Part shown: in pieces, positions 24,501 to 36,000 of the stretch
Layout of the letters: each line of letters begins with the position of its first letter
Numbering within the stretch: position 1 is the first letter of the stretch
From: Cyanophora paradoxa CCMP329
Taxonomy: Eukaryota > Plantae > Glaucophyta
Direction of reading: 5' to 3'
Length of the DNA: 63,308 nucleotides
Assembly: GCA_004431415.1 (NCBI GenBank)
Contig: QPMI01000357.1
Coordinates: forward strand, 1 to 63,308
Translations under genes and position numbers: made by a program
The notes under the pieces: generated by a model
Told to the model about the DNA's origin: nothing
Database searches by the model: none
What the model saw: only the letters and a program-made list of their open reading frames with translations

Positions 24501-26435
24501 ATGCACTGGAGCTCGCCGCGGGCGAGGGCCGGCTTGAGGACGTTGGCGGCGCTGATGCCGCCCTCCGCGGCCCCGGCCCCCACCAGCGTGTGGATCTCGT
24601 CGATGAGCAGGATGATGTCCCCCGCCCCCCGCACCTCCTGCGGGGGCCCGAGTGAGGGGCGCCCGGCGGGGGCAGAAGCGCGAGGGCGAGGGGAGGCGCC
24701 TGGATGATCTTGTTCATGCGCTCCTCGAACTCGCCGCGGTAGCGGGTGCCGCCGACGGCGGCGGCGAGGTCGAGCTGCACGAGCCGCTTGTACGCGAGGC
24801 ACTCCGGCACGTCCCCCTCGTCAATCAGCGTCGCCAGACCCTCAACGATCTGCCCGCCCTCCGGTCAGGGCGCCGGCGGCCGGTCGGGGCGATGGGGTGG
24901 CTCTGCGCACGGCGGTCTTGCCGACGCCGGGCTCGCCGATGAGGACGGGGTTGTTCTTCGTGCGGCGCGAGAGGATGCTGACGACGCGCTCGATCTCCTC
25001 GTCGCGCCCCACCTGCGCGAGCGCCGGCCGCCTCGGCGCCGGGCGAGCGGGCGGGCCGGGGCGGCGGTCTCGGCCGCGCACGACGGGGTCGAGCTCGCCG
25101 GCGGCGGCGAGGGCGGTGAGGTCGGTGGAGAACTGCTCGAGCGTCGCGAGCCGCAGGCGCTCCCGCGGGCGGCCGCGCAGCCGCGCCTCGAGCACCACCC
25201 GCTTGACCTCCGCCTCGAGCGCGTCCAGCTTGATGCCCCGCACCTCCAGGATGCGCGTCGTGAGGCTCTTCTTCCGGATCAGCGCCAGCAGCAGGTGCTC
25301 CGTCCCCACGAACTCGTCCCGCAGCTGCCGCCGCCGGCACCGCCTCGGCGGGCGGCGTGGGGCGGGGGGCGGGGCGGCGGGGCGGGGCGGCGGGACCTTC
25401 TCGGCCTCCTCGCGGGCCATGACGAAGGCCTCGCCCACGCTCGACGTGAACATCACCTGAGGGGACATCGGCGCCCGGGGGCCGCGGGCCGGGGGCCGGG
25501 GGCCGGGCGGGGGACCTCGGGGGGCACGAAGCCGATGCCGCGGCCGATGTACTCCTCGACCTGGCGCTGGCACTCCTCCACCCCGAAGCCCAGCGAGGCC
25601 AGCACCCGGTGCGCCACCCCGTCCTCCTGCGCGCCCGCCTCGCCCCCGCGAGGCCGCCGACGGGGGCGCCGCGCCGCACCTCCGCGCAGACGCCGTAGAG
25701 CAGCACCTCCACGTCGCAGTAGCTGCGCCGGCCCCGCTCGCGCCGCGCCCTTCCATGGGGGAGAGCGGGGACCGCGCACTGGTGCCCCAGCCGCCGCGCC
25801 TCCTCGCGCGCACGCTGCACCGCGCCCCGCGCCGCCTCCGTGAAGTCATCTGCGGCGCCCAGCCTCGTCCGGCCCGGCCGCGCGGCGGCGGGCGCGCCCG
25901 GGGCCGGCTCACCAGGGATCACGTCCTTCGCGGCGGCGATCCACGCCCGCGGCTCCGGCCACGCGCTCTTGCCGCTGCCGCCGCGCACTCAGCGCCGGCG
26001 AGACACGTTGGACGAGTTCTGGGCGCGGGGGACGGGCGTGCGGCGGCGGGGACGGCGGCCAACCGTGCGGCCGGCGGCACGCGTACGTGAACGGTTACTC
26101 GGACGCGCGGCCCGCGGGGACTAGTCGAACTAGACAGTCGCCTAGGATCGCGTACGGCCCGTCGAGGCACTCGCCGACGGCGTCCGGCCGCCGCCGATCC
26201 GGCGCGCCCCAAGACCTGCCCGGACGCACCTGGAGTTGCAAAATCGAGCGTTTGGTAGTCCCGCCAAGAACAGGGATCGCTGGGCCGCGAGCCCTTTACA
26301 CCTCGCACGCGCGCCTCGCACCCCGCCAGAAATTGAAGCTGGCGCGTGCCTGACCGCGGCCGAGATTCGCCCGTGGGATACGCCTCCCACCGGCAGCGCC
26401 ACGGGCGCAACCGGGGCAATGAAAGCCGCCGACAT
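21513..26435 (-). CDS. clpC: ClpC/ClpD-like Hsp100 ATPase with plastid-type transit peptide; spliced
   Basis: Presequence [16 protein letters not shown], Clp N-domain repeats ([22 protein letters not shown]), [28 protein letters not shown], short UVR-like middle segment (KLELVRANR|FEEANAHR) rather than a ClpB M-domain, [15 protein letters not shown] and [15 protein letters not shown]. ClpC versus ClpD is not resolved. Confidence 0.88.
22120..22173. repeat. 9-bp coding tandem repeat, about 6 copies, encoding (AEG)n in the ClpC-like second ATPase domain
   Basis: (CCCTCCGCC)n on the + strand, translating as [20 protein letters not shown] on the - strand. Confidence 0.85.
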
Positions 26436-26657
26436 CGCTCCCGCTTGAAAGGGGTCTTCGCCGGCGCCGAACCGCCGGCTTTTGAGTCGTGGGAGCTCCA
26501 GCTGCTCCAGACGCTCTGAATCAGGGGAGCGAAGCCGGTATGATCGACGTTGCGCGGGTGACGCGCTTTTGACGCTTGGCGCGCTCAACGTTTCAAGTTT
26601 GGAGCGCGTCGACGCGCCGATCGGAGAGGGCGGCCGCGGGCGCCGATCGAGTCAGCC

Positions 26658-29160
26658 ATGCAAGTCAGCAACCACCCGACGAAAGGCCGCGTGCTTCTCG
26701 CGGCGCGGCGATTCAGCGAAGGCGAGGTGGTGCTGTTGGACCCGGGGCTCGTCCGCTGCCCCCACGCCCGCCGGGAGCCCGTCTGCGGTCACTGCTGCGA
26801 GTGCGCCTGCGATGTGAACGTTCTGCGTCCGATTGCTGATCGCCGTAATGCGTCCGCAGCTACATCGACGGGCCCGTCGCGTCGCAGTGCGAGAGCTGCG
26901 GGCTGCCCTTCTGCGGGGCGGAGTGCGTGGAGGCGGCGAAGGCGTACCACGGGCTTGAGTGCGGGCTGCTGGCGGCGGGGAGCCTGGACGTGCTGGCGGA
27001 GGAGCTCGACGTCTCCCGCGAGCTCCTCTGGCTCGGCCTCCGCGCCCTCCTCCGCGACGCCGCCGACGCCCGCCGCGCCGCCGCCGACGCCGACGGCGCC
27101 GCCGACGGCGCGGGGCGGCCCGAGCCGCTGCGCGACGCCGTCGCCTCCCTCGAGTGCGCGGCCCGCCTCGCGGGGCGGCGGGGCGGGGCGGGGGCGAGGG
27201 GGCGGCAGGACGCACGAGGGGCTGATCGAGGGGAGTACCGGGAGCGCCTGGGGCGGGCGGCGGACGCGCTGGCGGCGGCCTTCGCGTGCGAGGCCGAGGG
27301 CCTCCCCGAGGGCGACCTCGCCCGCGCCCTCCCCGCGTCCGCCCCCGCCCCCGCCCCGCCCCGCGCCCCCGCGCCCTCTCTGAGCGCCGCGGGGCGCAGG
27401 AGTGCCTGGTGCGGGTCTTCCTAGCGCAGGGCGTGAACGGGATCGACATCGGGCAGACGTACCCCGACCGCCTCGCCAGCGGCACCGGCATCTTCGTCCA
27501 GGCGCGCCCCGCCCCCGCCCCGCCCCGTCCCTCGGCCCCGCCGGCGCGAGCGGCGGCGGCAGGCGTCCCTCTTCTCGCACTCGTGCGACGCGCCGAACTG
27601 CCACTACCAGGGCGAGCGAGGCGCCGTCGCCGTCCGCGCCGCCCGGGTCCGCCTCCCGCCCCGGCCCGCCCCCGCCCCCGCCCCGGGCCGGGCCTCACCG
27701 GCGCCGGCAGGAGGTGGCGGAGGGGGAGGAGCTGACGATCGCGTACGTGGCGCTGGACCGCTGGACCGCCGTCCGCCGCATCGCCCTCCTCCGCAGGCGC
27801 CCCCGCCCCGCCCCGCCCCGCCCGCCGGTCGGCACCGGCCCCGCCGCTGAGGGCGCGCAGCAAGTTCTTCCTCTGCGAGTGCCCGCGCTGCCTCTCCCCT
27901 CCGAGCTCGGCCGCTACACCGGCGCCGCCCGCTGCAAGCTCCGAGGCGCCCGCCCCCGCCCCCGCCGCCCCGTCGCCACGGCCGCCTTCTCAGCGGGGCG
28001 CCGCGGCAGGCTGCGCGGGGTACCTGCTGCAGCGGCCGTACGCGCACCCGGCGGGGGAGGGCGGGGGCCTGCCGGAGCCGGCGGCGGTGCTGGAGCAGCC
28101 GTGGGCGTGCGAGGCCTGCGGGACCCCCGCCGAGCACGCCGCCGTCGAGTCGGCGCGCCCCGCCCCGCTCCGCCGCCCCGCCCCGCCCGGCGCGGCTGAG
28201 GGGAGGGCAGGACCTGCGGCGGGCGTCGGCGTTCCTGGACAAGAGCGACGAGGCGTGGCACGAGCGCTCCGACGTCGCGGCCGCCGCCGAGTGGTGCGAC
28301 CGCTTCCTCGGCGCCGCCGCCCCCGCCCTCCTCCACCCCCTCCACACCCTCACCGGCCGGTCCGCCCCCGCACCGCCCCGACCCCGCCCTCGCTTCCTCG
28401 CCGCGAGCGCCGCGCCTTGGCAGGGCGCTGTCGCACCGGATGAAGCAGGCGGCGCTGCTCGCCGACTTCGACAAGGCGGCCGCCTGCGCCGAGCGGGTGG
28501 GCCCGCCCCGCCCCCGCTCCGCCCCCCGCGCCTTGCGGGCTGACGGGGCGGCAGGCGCTGGAGCGGATCGCGGTGGTCTTCCCCGAGGCCCGCTCCCTCG
28601 AGTCCGCCCCGCCCCGCCCTGCTCTCCTGTGGCCCGCCGCCCCGCGTGACGGGCCGGCGCCGCGCGCGCAGGCGGGCGGAGCTGCAGTTCGACGCCGCCC
28701 TCGCCTTCGTCATGGGCGCCCGCAAGCGCGCCCCCGCCCCCGCGCCCCCGCCCCGCGCCCGGCGCCCCCGACCCGGCCCCCGCCCCCATGCAGGCTCCCC
28801 GAGGAGGCGCACCGGGCGGCCCTCGCGCGCTCCGAGGCCCTCCTCGCGTGCGCCCGCCCGCCCAGCGGCAGCCCAGCGTGGCGCTGATGGCGGGGAAGGG
28901 AGGCGGAGGGGACGTTCGCGGTGCTGGCGGGGCGGACGTCCAAGCGCCTCGCCAACATGCGCCGCGAGTACGCCGCCATCCGCTCCCACGCCCGCGAGGC
29001 CCGCGCCGCCCGCGACGCCCGCGCCGCCCACGCCCCGCCCCGCCCGCCCCTGCCCCCGGCGCCGCCCCCGGCCCTGGCCGCTGACAGACCTGTAGCTAGC
29101 TATAGGACCGCTCGATGTGCTTTTTCGCTCCCCGATCTAGATCTAGATCTAGACCTGTAG
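26658..29160 (+). CDS. SMYD-family SET+MYND lysine methyltransferase-like protein; spliced, ends approximate
   Basis: HPTKGRVLLAARRFSEGEVVL (N-SET), CGHCC|...CESCGLPFCGAECVEAAKAYHGLEC (MYND finger), GTGIFVQ|ASLFSHSCDAPNC, EGEELTIAYV and KFFLCECPRC (post-SET). One apparent frameshift in a G-run near 27230. Confidence 0.88.
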
Positions 29161-30049
29161 AGATTCCGACATGAACAGCGGTCCACAAACACGCTCTGCC
29201 TGGCTATAGCTACACTCTGCCAGCGAGGGCCAGCTGAGATCGGATTCACGGGGGCCCGAGGCCTGATCATGAGGCCCTGAGGGGTATCGGGTGCAGCGCT
29301 GTTTCATGTTCGAGGTTAGAGGCCTCACTGAGTCACACCCCACCGTGGCACAACCTCACTACAAGACGCGCACGTTTCAAGTCTTGTCTTGCTAGACTCT
29401 GCCAGCCAGCTGCAGTTGAACTTGCAGGGCCGAGACCTGATCATGATCGTAAGGGGTGCAGCCTTTGTGGGCATTCACACACGGCGAGGGCATCTGAATC
29501 CGCTCCAATCAAATCCCAAGCCACGGCCATTTGCATGGCCAGCCGCTGAGCAGACTCGAGCTCCGAGGCTCCAGCCCAAGACAGCTTGCCAAGCTGCCCG
29601 ATCGCAACTTGAGGGGCCCGATGAAACAAAAATCACTGAGTCAGCCTAAAGGCCGGCAGCCGGGCAGCGTACACTTGCCCCCCCTGTATACCCTCTGTAC
29701 CCCTGTATGCAAACGTTAATTATAACCCGTACCCCCGTGGTCATCTAATCTAAATCTGTTCCGATCCCGACAGCCCTGGACCTGCTCTAGATCTTCCAAG
29801 GCCTAGGGGCAGCGGCTCATGATCAGTGGCTAAATTGTTTGCTGCTCATGATCATCGGATCGATCGCCAAAATCGACACACTGACTCAGTGAAGCAGTGA
29901 ACGCGTGCAGGGTTCGGGCCAGGCCCGCAAAATAAAATAAATAGTTCACAGATAGCCATAGTAGCACGGCGTCGCCTCGGAGGCTGAAGCTGAGCCTCGG
30001 AGGGCGACGCGGGCGGGGGTGATCGTGAGGAAGGCGGACTCCGGGAGGC

Positions 30050-33000
30050 TCACAGGAAGAGGCAGAGGCGGATGGTGCCCTGGCGCCAGAGGCGGGCGGG
30101 GTCCTCCACCCGCACCAGCCGCACCCGCTCCGCCGAGCCGGCCCCGTACACCCTGCCGCCTCCGGCTCGAGTCCGGAGCGCCGGGGCGGGGGCGGGGCGG
30201 GGCGGACCGGACGATCCAGAAGCGGGCGCGGGCCTCCTCGGCGAGGCGCATCTCGGCGGGGGAGATGGGGAAGAGCTCCTTGCCCAGCGCCGCCGTGCTC
30301 TTGACCTCCACCAGCGTCTCCTGCGCCCTCCGCTCGAGGCGGCGGGTGGGCGGGGCGGGGCGCGGGGGCCGCACGTGGCCCTCCGGGGAGCGCAGGCGGA
30401 GGTCGAAGCTGGCGCCCGTCTCGCGCGCCGCGTTGAGCCACTCCACCGCGTGCCCCGCCGGCACGCTCGCCCGCAGGAACCGAAAGACCAACTCCTGGGG
30501 GGAGCGTCGCGGGGGCGGGGGCGGGGCGGGGGCGAGGAGGAGGGGAGGGGGGCGGGGCACCTCGCCCCAGCGCCCGATGGCGAGGCGGCCCTCCTCCGAG
30601 AGGCCCTCCCCGACCTGCCCCGGGCCCCGCCCCGCGTCGCTTGGGGCGCGGCGAGCTGGCGGCGAGGGCGGGGGCACCTCGGCGGGGATGCTCGGCAGCG
30701 CCTCCCGCAGGCGCCCCGCGATCTCCTCCGTCGACACCACCTGCGGCCCCGCGCGGCATGGATCACGCGCCGGCGCCTCCGGGCGGGCCGGGGCGAGCTC
30801 GAGGGCACCGCGACGCTGGGGTCCCGCTCGGCAACCCACTCCCAGGGAGCCGCCTCCCCCGCGCCCGCCTCCCGCCGCCACGTCTGCGGCCCCCCCCCGG
30901 AGCCGTCGCCGGCCCCGTCCCCCTCCAAGGGACCCCGCGGCTCGTCTCCGCCCCACGCCCCTCGCGGCGGTGCGTCTCCTCGCGGGGACCGCGGCGCGCC
31001 ATCCGAGCTCCCCTCTTCCCGCGCGGACCGGGGCCTGTCCGCCGCCTCCTGCGGTGTGCTCTCCGAGCCCCCGAGCCCCTTGCGGCCGCTGCCGGAGCCG
31101 GCAAGCAGGCCGGACCCTTCGAGCAGCGCCGTGTTATGCGGTGCGCCGTCGCTGCTTGCGCGCGGGGCGCCCGCCGCCGCCGCCGCCGCCGCCGTGGCGG
31201 CGGCCGCCTTTGCGGCCCGCTCCTGCTCCTCATCCACGGGCTGCAGGTGCCTCCCGAGCGCCTCGGGGGGCGGGGGCGGCCATTGCCGCTTCGCCTTCTC
31301 CTGCTAGGCAGGCTCAGCAGGGGAGATGCCTTCGACATCCAAGCGCACGCAAAGCAAGCGCACGTCTCTGCTCGGGGGCGGGGCGACCGCGACGGCGGGG
31401 GCGGTCGTGGACTGCGGGGGCCACGCCTGCGACGTGCGCTGCCGCGCCGGGGCCCGGGCCCCCTTCCCCTCCGCCTCCTCCTCGGAGCTCGCGGCTTCCT
31501 CGTCGGCCTCGCGGCGCTTCTGCGCGGCGCGCCGCTCCACCTCCGCCACGTCGGCGTCCACCGGCGCCCCCGCCGCGACCCCCGCCGCGACCGCCCTGCC
31601 CCGCACGTCGGCGCCGCCCGCCACGCGCGCTGGGACGTGGGGGCGCTCGAGCGCACCGGGGCAGCTCCCAGCGGGGGTCGGCCTCGGGGAGGGGCGGGAG
31701 GCGGCGGCCGTCGGCGACGAAGGCCTCGCGGGCCGGCTCCGGGGTGAGGGCGAGGGAGTAGAGGAACTCGGCGAGCTGCGCGCTCGCGGCGCCCCCGAAG
31801 AAGAGCCCTGCCGCACGAGGAGGCCTGAGCTCGGGGCGAAGCAGCTCCCTCGGGCGGGGCTCGGGGGCCCCGCGCACGCGAGAGCTCCTTGAAGATGGGG
31901 CCGTACTCGTCGGCGCTCTGCGCGCCCCGGCGTCGAACGGCGCGCGAGAGGGGGCGGCGCGGCTCGGGGCGGGGCGGGCCTCGAGCTTGACGTAGAGCCA
32001 GGTGCCGTCGAGGGCGCACTTGACGTGCTGCCGCTCGGCGGCCCGCCCGCCGGGCAGCGCGAACTGCACGAAGACGTCGTTCGTCACGGAGACCCTCAAG
32101 GCCGCCACCCGCTGCGCCACGCCGGCCGCCTGCAACCTGCGCCCCGGCCCGCGCCCCGCTCGCGATTGCCCCCACGAGACGGTGTGCAGAGGGCGCGGCA
32201 CCGGGCGTAGTCGTCGGGGAAGACGTGGCGGACGAAGCGCTGGGCAAAGGGCATCAGCTGCCGCACCGTCTCCTCGATCTGCCGCCCCGCTCACGTCCCC
32301 GGTCCGGCCCGCATCAGCAGGCAGCTGGTCGAAGACCGACCTTCGTGTTAAAGTACGTCCCATAGGTGACCACCTGCGAGAGTTCGACGGTGTCATGATT
32401 TTGGTGCAGAAGAGGACGAGCGCGGCGAGAGGCACCTGGCGGCTGACGATGCTGCTCAGCAGGGGCACGCCGATCGTCGCGAGGAAGGGGAGCGGGTCGC
32501 GCTCCTGGCGCTCCGCGGCCTGCCCGGAGCAGCGTGTCGGGAGCTCAAGTTAGAGTCAGATGAGCGCAGACTCACTCTCGTCTGGACGTCGAGGAAATGC
32601 ACGCCGGGCACGGCGGCGAAGTGTCCCGCTATCTGCACCCCCACATGATCCGCGTGAACTCGGGCAGAAGGCGGTGGAGCAGGGGCACCTCGGCGTCGTC
32701 TGCCACAATCGGCTCCTCCGCGAGCGTCACCCACGCCTGCCGCCCGGGCTCAGAAGCCGCGGCGGGCCGCTGGCGGGTAGCTCGCCTTTCGCTGCGTCGG
32801 GAAGATCGCCGCCTTGAGGAGGGCGGGGCGCCAGTACATCTGGTCGCAAGGCCGAGGGCGAGGCGGTCGGGGCGGGGGCGGCGGGAGGTGAACGCGAGAC
32901 GAGGGGGCGGGGCGCACGAGCACTTGCGGGACGTCGACGCGGCCCTCGGCGATGGAGGCCGCCCACATGGCGAAGACGGCCCTCACCTGCCCCCGCCCCG

Positions 33001-36000
33001 CCCTTCAGCGCCCCCCCGCCCGCCCTCCCCCCGCACGATCCGGGGGCCCACGGGCTCGCCTGGTTGCCCGCCTCGTCCGTGCTCTTCGTCTCCGCGATGC
33101 CGGCGAGCGCCGCGAGGTACTGCGCGTGCGCGGAGCGCGCGCTCAGGACGCGGCGCGGCGCGGCGCGGCGCGCGGGTCGAGGCGGGGGCGGCGCCTGCTC
33201 GAAGGACGGGACGGTCGCGATCACGTCGTTCAGGAAGCCGTCCAGGGGCTTGTAGTACCGCACCAGGCACCGCAGGTGCTGCCCGCCCACGATCAGGACC
33301 ACAGGGCCCGGGCCCGGGCGGGCGGGCCGGCGAGGTGCGGACCTGGTCCATGACGCGCGAGGGGTCGTACCAGGCCACCTCCTCCACGCGGTAGAAGCGG
33401 CCCTGCCGGCGCCGCCAGCGCTCATGATCAGCCGGCGGGGCGGCCTCGAGCGGGGGTGCGGGGCGGGGGCGGGGACCTCGACGGGGGCGTGCGGGTCGTT
33501 GCGCTCGAGGTAGAGGGGCACGAAGAGGAGCGCCCCGCCCCGCAGCGCCTCCACCACCCCCTGCCCCCGCTTCAGGGTCGCGCCCGAGCCGGCTCGCGTC
33601 CGGGGGGTGGGTGCGGACCGCGCGGCCCTCGAACGCGGGGTCGAGGAGGAACCTGACGGACCGGAGAGAGTCAAAGGAGCAAACCAGGAGGCGCTGAAAC
33701 TTTGAGAGGGCCCACCTGTACACCTCAATGAACTGGGCCGTGCTGGCGCTGAAGGTCCCCCCCGAGGAGGCCGCCGACCGGCTCCAGGACTTCAGGATCG
33801 CCAGCATCTGCAACGCGGTGGGGGTGTCAGGGGCGAGGAGGCCCGAGCGGAGCGCGCGCGCGGCGGGGCCGGCCTCGGCGTGCTCGACGCGGTCGCGCAT
33901 GCCGAGGGCGCGCGCGAACTCCCGCGACTGCAACTCGGCGCCGGCGTACTCGACGCGCGCGCCCAGGAGGGCCTTGACCTGCTTCACGTCCCGCCAGAGC
34001 AGGCCCGGCAGGTAGAGCCGCCCCTCCGTCCACGAGGGCACCCACGCCAGGCCCCGCAGGAACAGCACGAAGGACGAGTCCGTCGCGAAGGAACTGCGCG
34101 CGACGCCGGCGGGCGGCGCTCGGCTCGCCGGCCGAGTTCGCGGCCGGCGGACGGCGCGGGCGGACCTCGAGCTCGAGTCGTCGGCGCCGCGGCTGGCGAC
34201 CCGCACGCGGGCGCTGGTGGCGTGCTCGAAGTCGCTCTTCCAGCGCAGGTCAATTTTCCGGACGAGTTCCTTCATGAGATGCCAGCCTTTCGACGAGACC
34301 AGCTGCCTCCCGTGCGCCTCGGGGCGGCCCGCCGCGGCGTCGGCGTCCGGCAGCCGGTGCTTCTGCGCGCGTGCAGTCCAGTCAACGTCACGCCGCGCCG
34401 TGCACACGCGAGCAGCGAGGCGGGCGGCGCCTGTAGGATGCTGTGGACGAGGGCCTCGAGCTCCTCGCAGCGCCAGTCCTGCTCCACCAAGTACGGCGCC
34501 CCCTCGCCGCCCTCGCCGTCGGCCCGCGCCGGCCACGCCACCGACCGCCACGCGCTCTCCTCCTGCGCCCGCCGCCGCGCTCAACGGCGCAGCCGCACGC
34601 GGGGCGGGCGGCGGGCCTTGTTCGCGACGGTCACGGAGGCGCGCTCGGGCGAGAGGAAGTCCGTAACGCCCAGCCGCTCGAACAGCTCGCGCCACGTGAG
34701 CGCGCCGCCCGCTTTCCCGGCCGCGCGCTGCAGGTACGGCGTCTCGCCCAAGACGATCCACTCGAAGCCGGCGCCTGCGAGCGCGAGCGGAGACGCTTCA
34801 GAGATGCATGCGCGGAGCTGGAGAGGAGCATGCACAGCGCGAGCGCGCCAGAGAAGTACTCGGGAAGGTTCGTGTGGTTGCCGAGCTTCACGGAGAAGTG
34901 AACGCGGCGGGCCGCGGGGACGTCTCGGAGGCGGACGGGGCCCTGGCTCGTCGCGACGACCGCCCCCGCGCGGAGACGGTCGAAGAGCGTCGCCGCCTGG
35001 GATCTGTCGCGCGCCTGGAAGTTGCAGGTCTTGCAGTTCGGGATGTGCTCCTGAGGGCAGCCTCGCACGCGCCGCAACGCCGGTGGGGCATGCGCAGAGC
35101 CGAAGCGGTCGCACCCGCATGAAGGCGAGGTAGCGGGCCCACCTCTCGGCGTCGGCCTGGGTGGAGGCGGGGGCCTCCTTGGGCGGGGCGCAGGCGGGGA
35201 GGACGACGAGCTCGGCGGCGTCGTGGGCGGTGATCTGCGCCACGCCGAGCCGCTCCAACATCGCCCGGCACATCGTCCGCCCCACCTGGCCCCGCGCGCC
35301 GCGCCGTCACGACCGGCGGTGCCGCGAGGAGCTGGCCATATGCATGGGCGGCACCTCAGAGGGGATGGAGGGGAGGAGGTCGGGGTGGAGGAAGGGGATC
35401 TCGCCCTGGAAGGAGGCGAGCGCGCCGGCCGCCTGGGCCGCCGCCAGCGGGAAGAAGACCTGCGCGGGGCGCGCTGCGGGGTCGGGGCACGGGCGGAGAC
35501 GGCGCCGGCGCCCGCGGGCGCGCCTTGGCGTCGGAGAGGGCGACGAGGCGGCGCTGGCTCTCGTCGCCGCCGGGCCCCGCGACCGGCAGGATCGGGAGGG
35601 CCCTCGCCCGCGCCAGCTCCTCCGCCGTCATCGCCCCGTCCTGGCCCCACCTCGGAATATGAGCTGCGCATGCGGAAGAAGGCCCAGGGGGCGCAGATGG
35701 AGCAGACCTGGACGCAGTGGAAGAGGCACGCGAGGAAGCCGCCGATGAACGGCAGGGTGAGCCCGGACCGCCCCTCCGCGTCGCGCACCATGGCCAACGC
35801 CAGCTCGATGAGATGGGCGGCGGAAAAGAGCTGCGCGGGACGGAGTTTTCTCGGCTCTGGCGATTGCAACTCTCGCCCTGCAGAAACGCGAGGACTGACG
35901 GGTATGCCGAGGGAGCGGCGCAGGGGCTCGGAGATGGCGATGTCGCGGTGCAGGTAGTGCAGCCCGAGGTACCTGACCGCGATGCCGCGCGAGGGCATCG

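Noticed and set aside
27225-27240. Frameshift in the SMYD gene (pseudogene or programmed shift)
   Set aside because: It lies in a G-run with intact downstream motifs, so a consensus indel or a miscalled acceptor is more likely.
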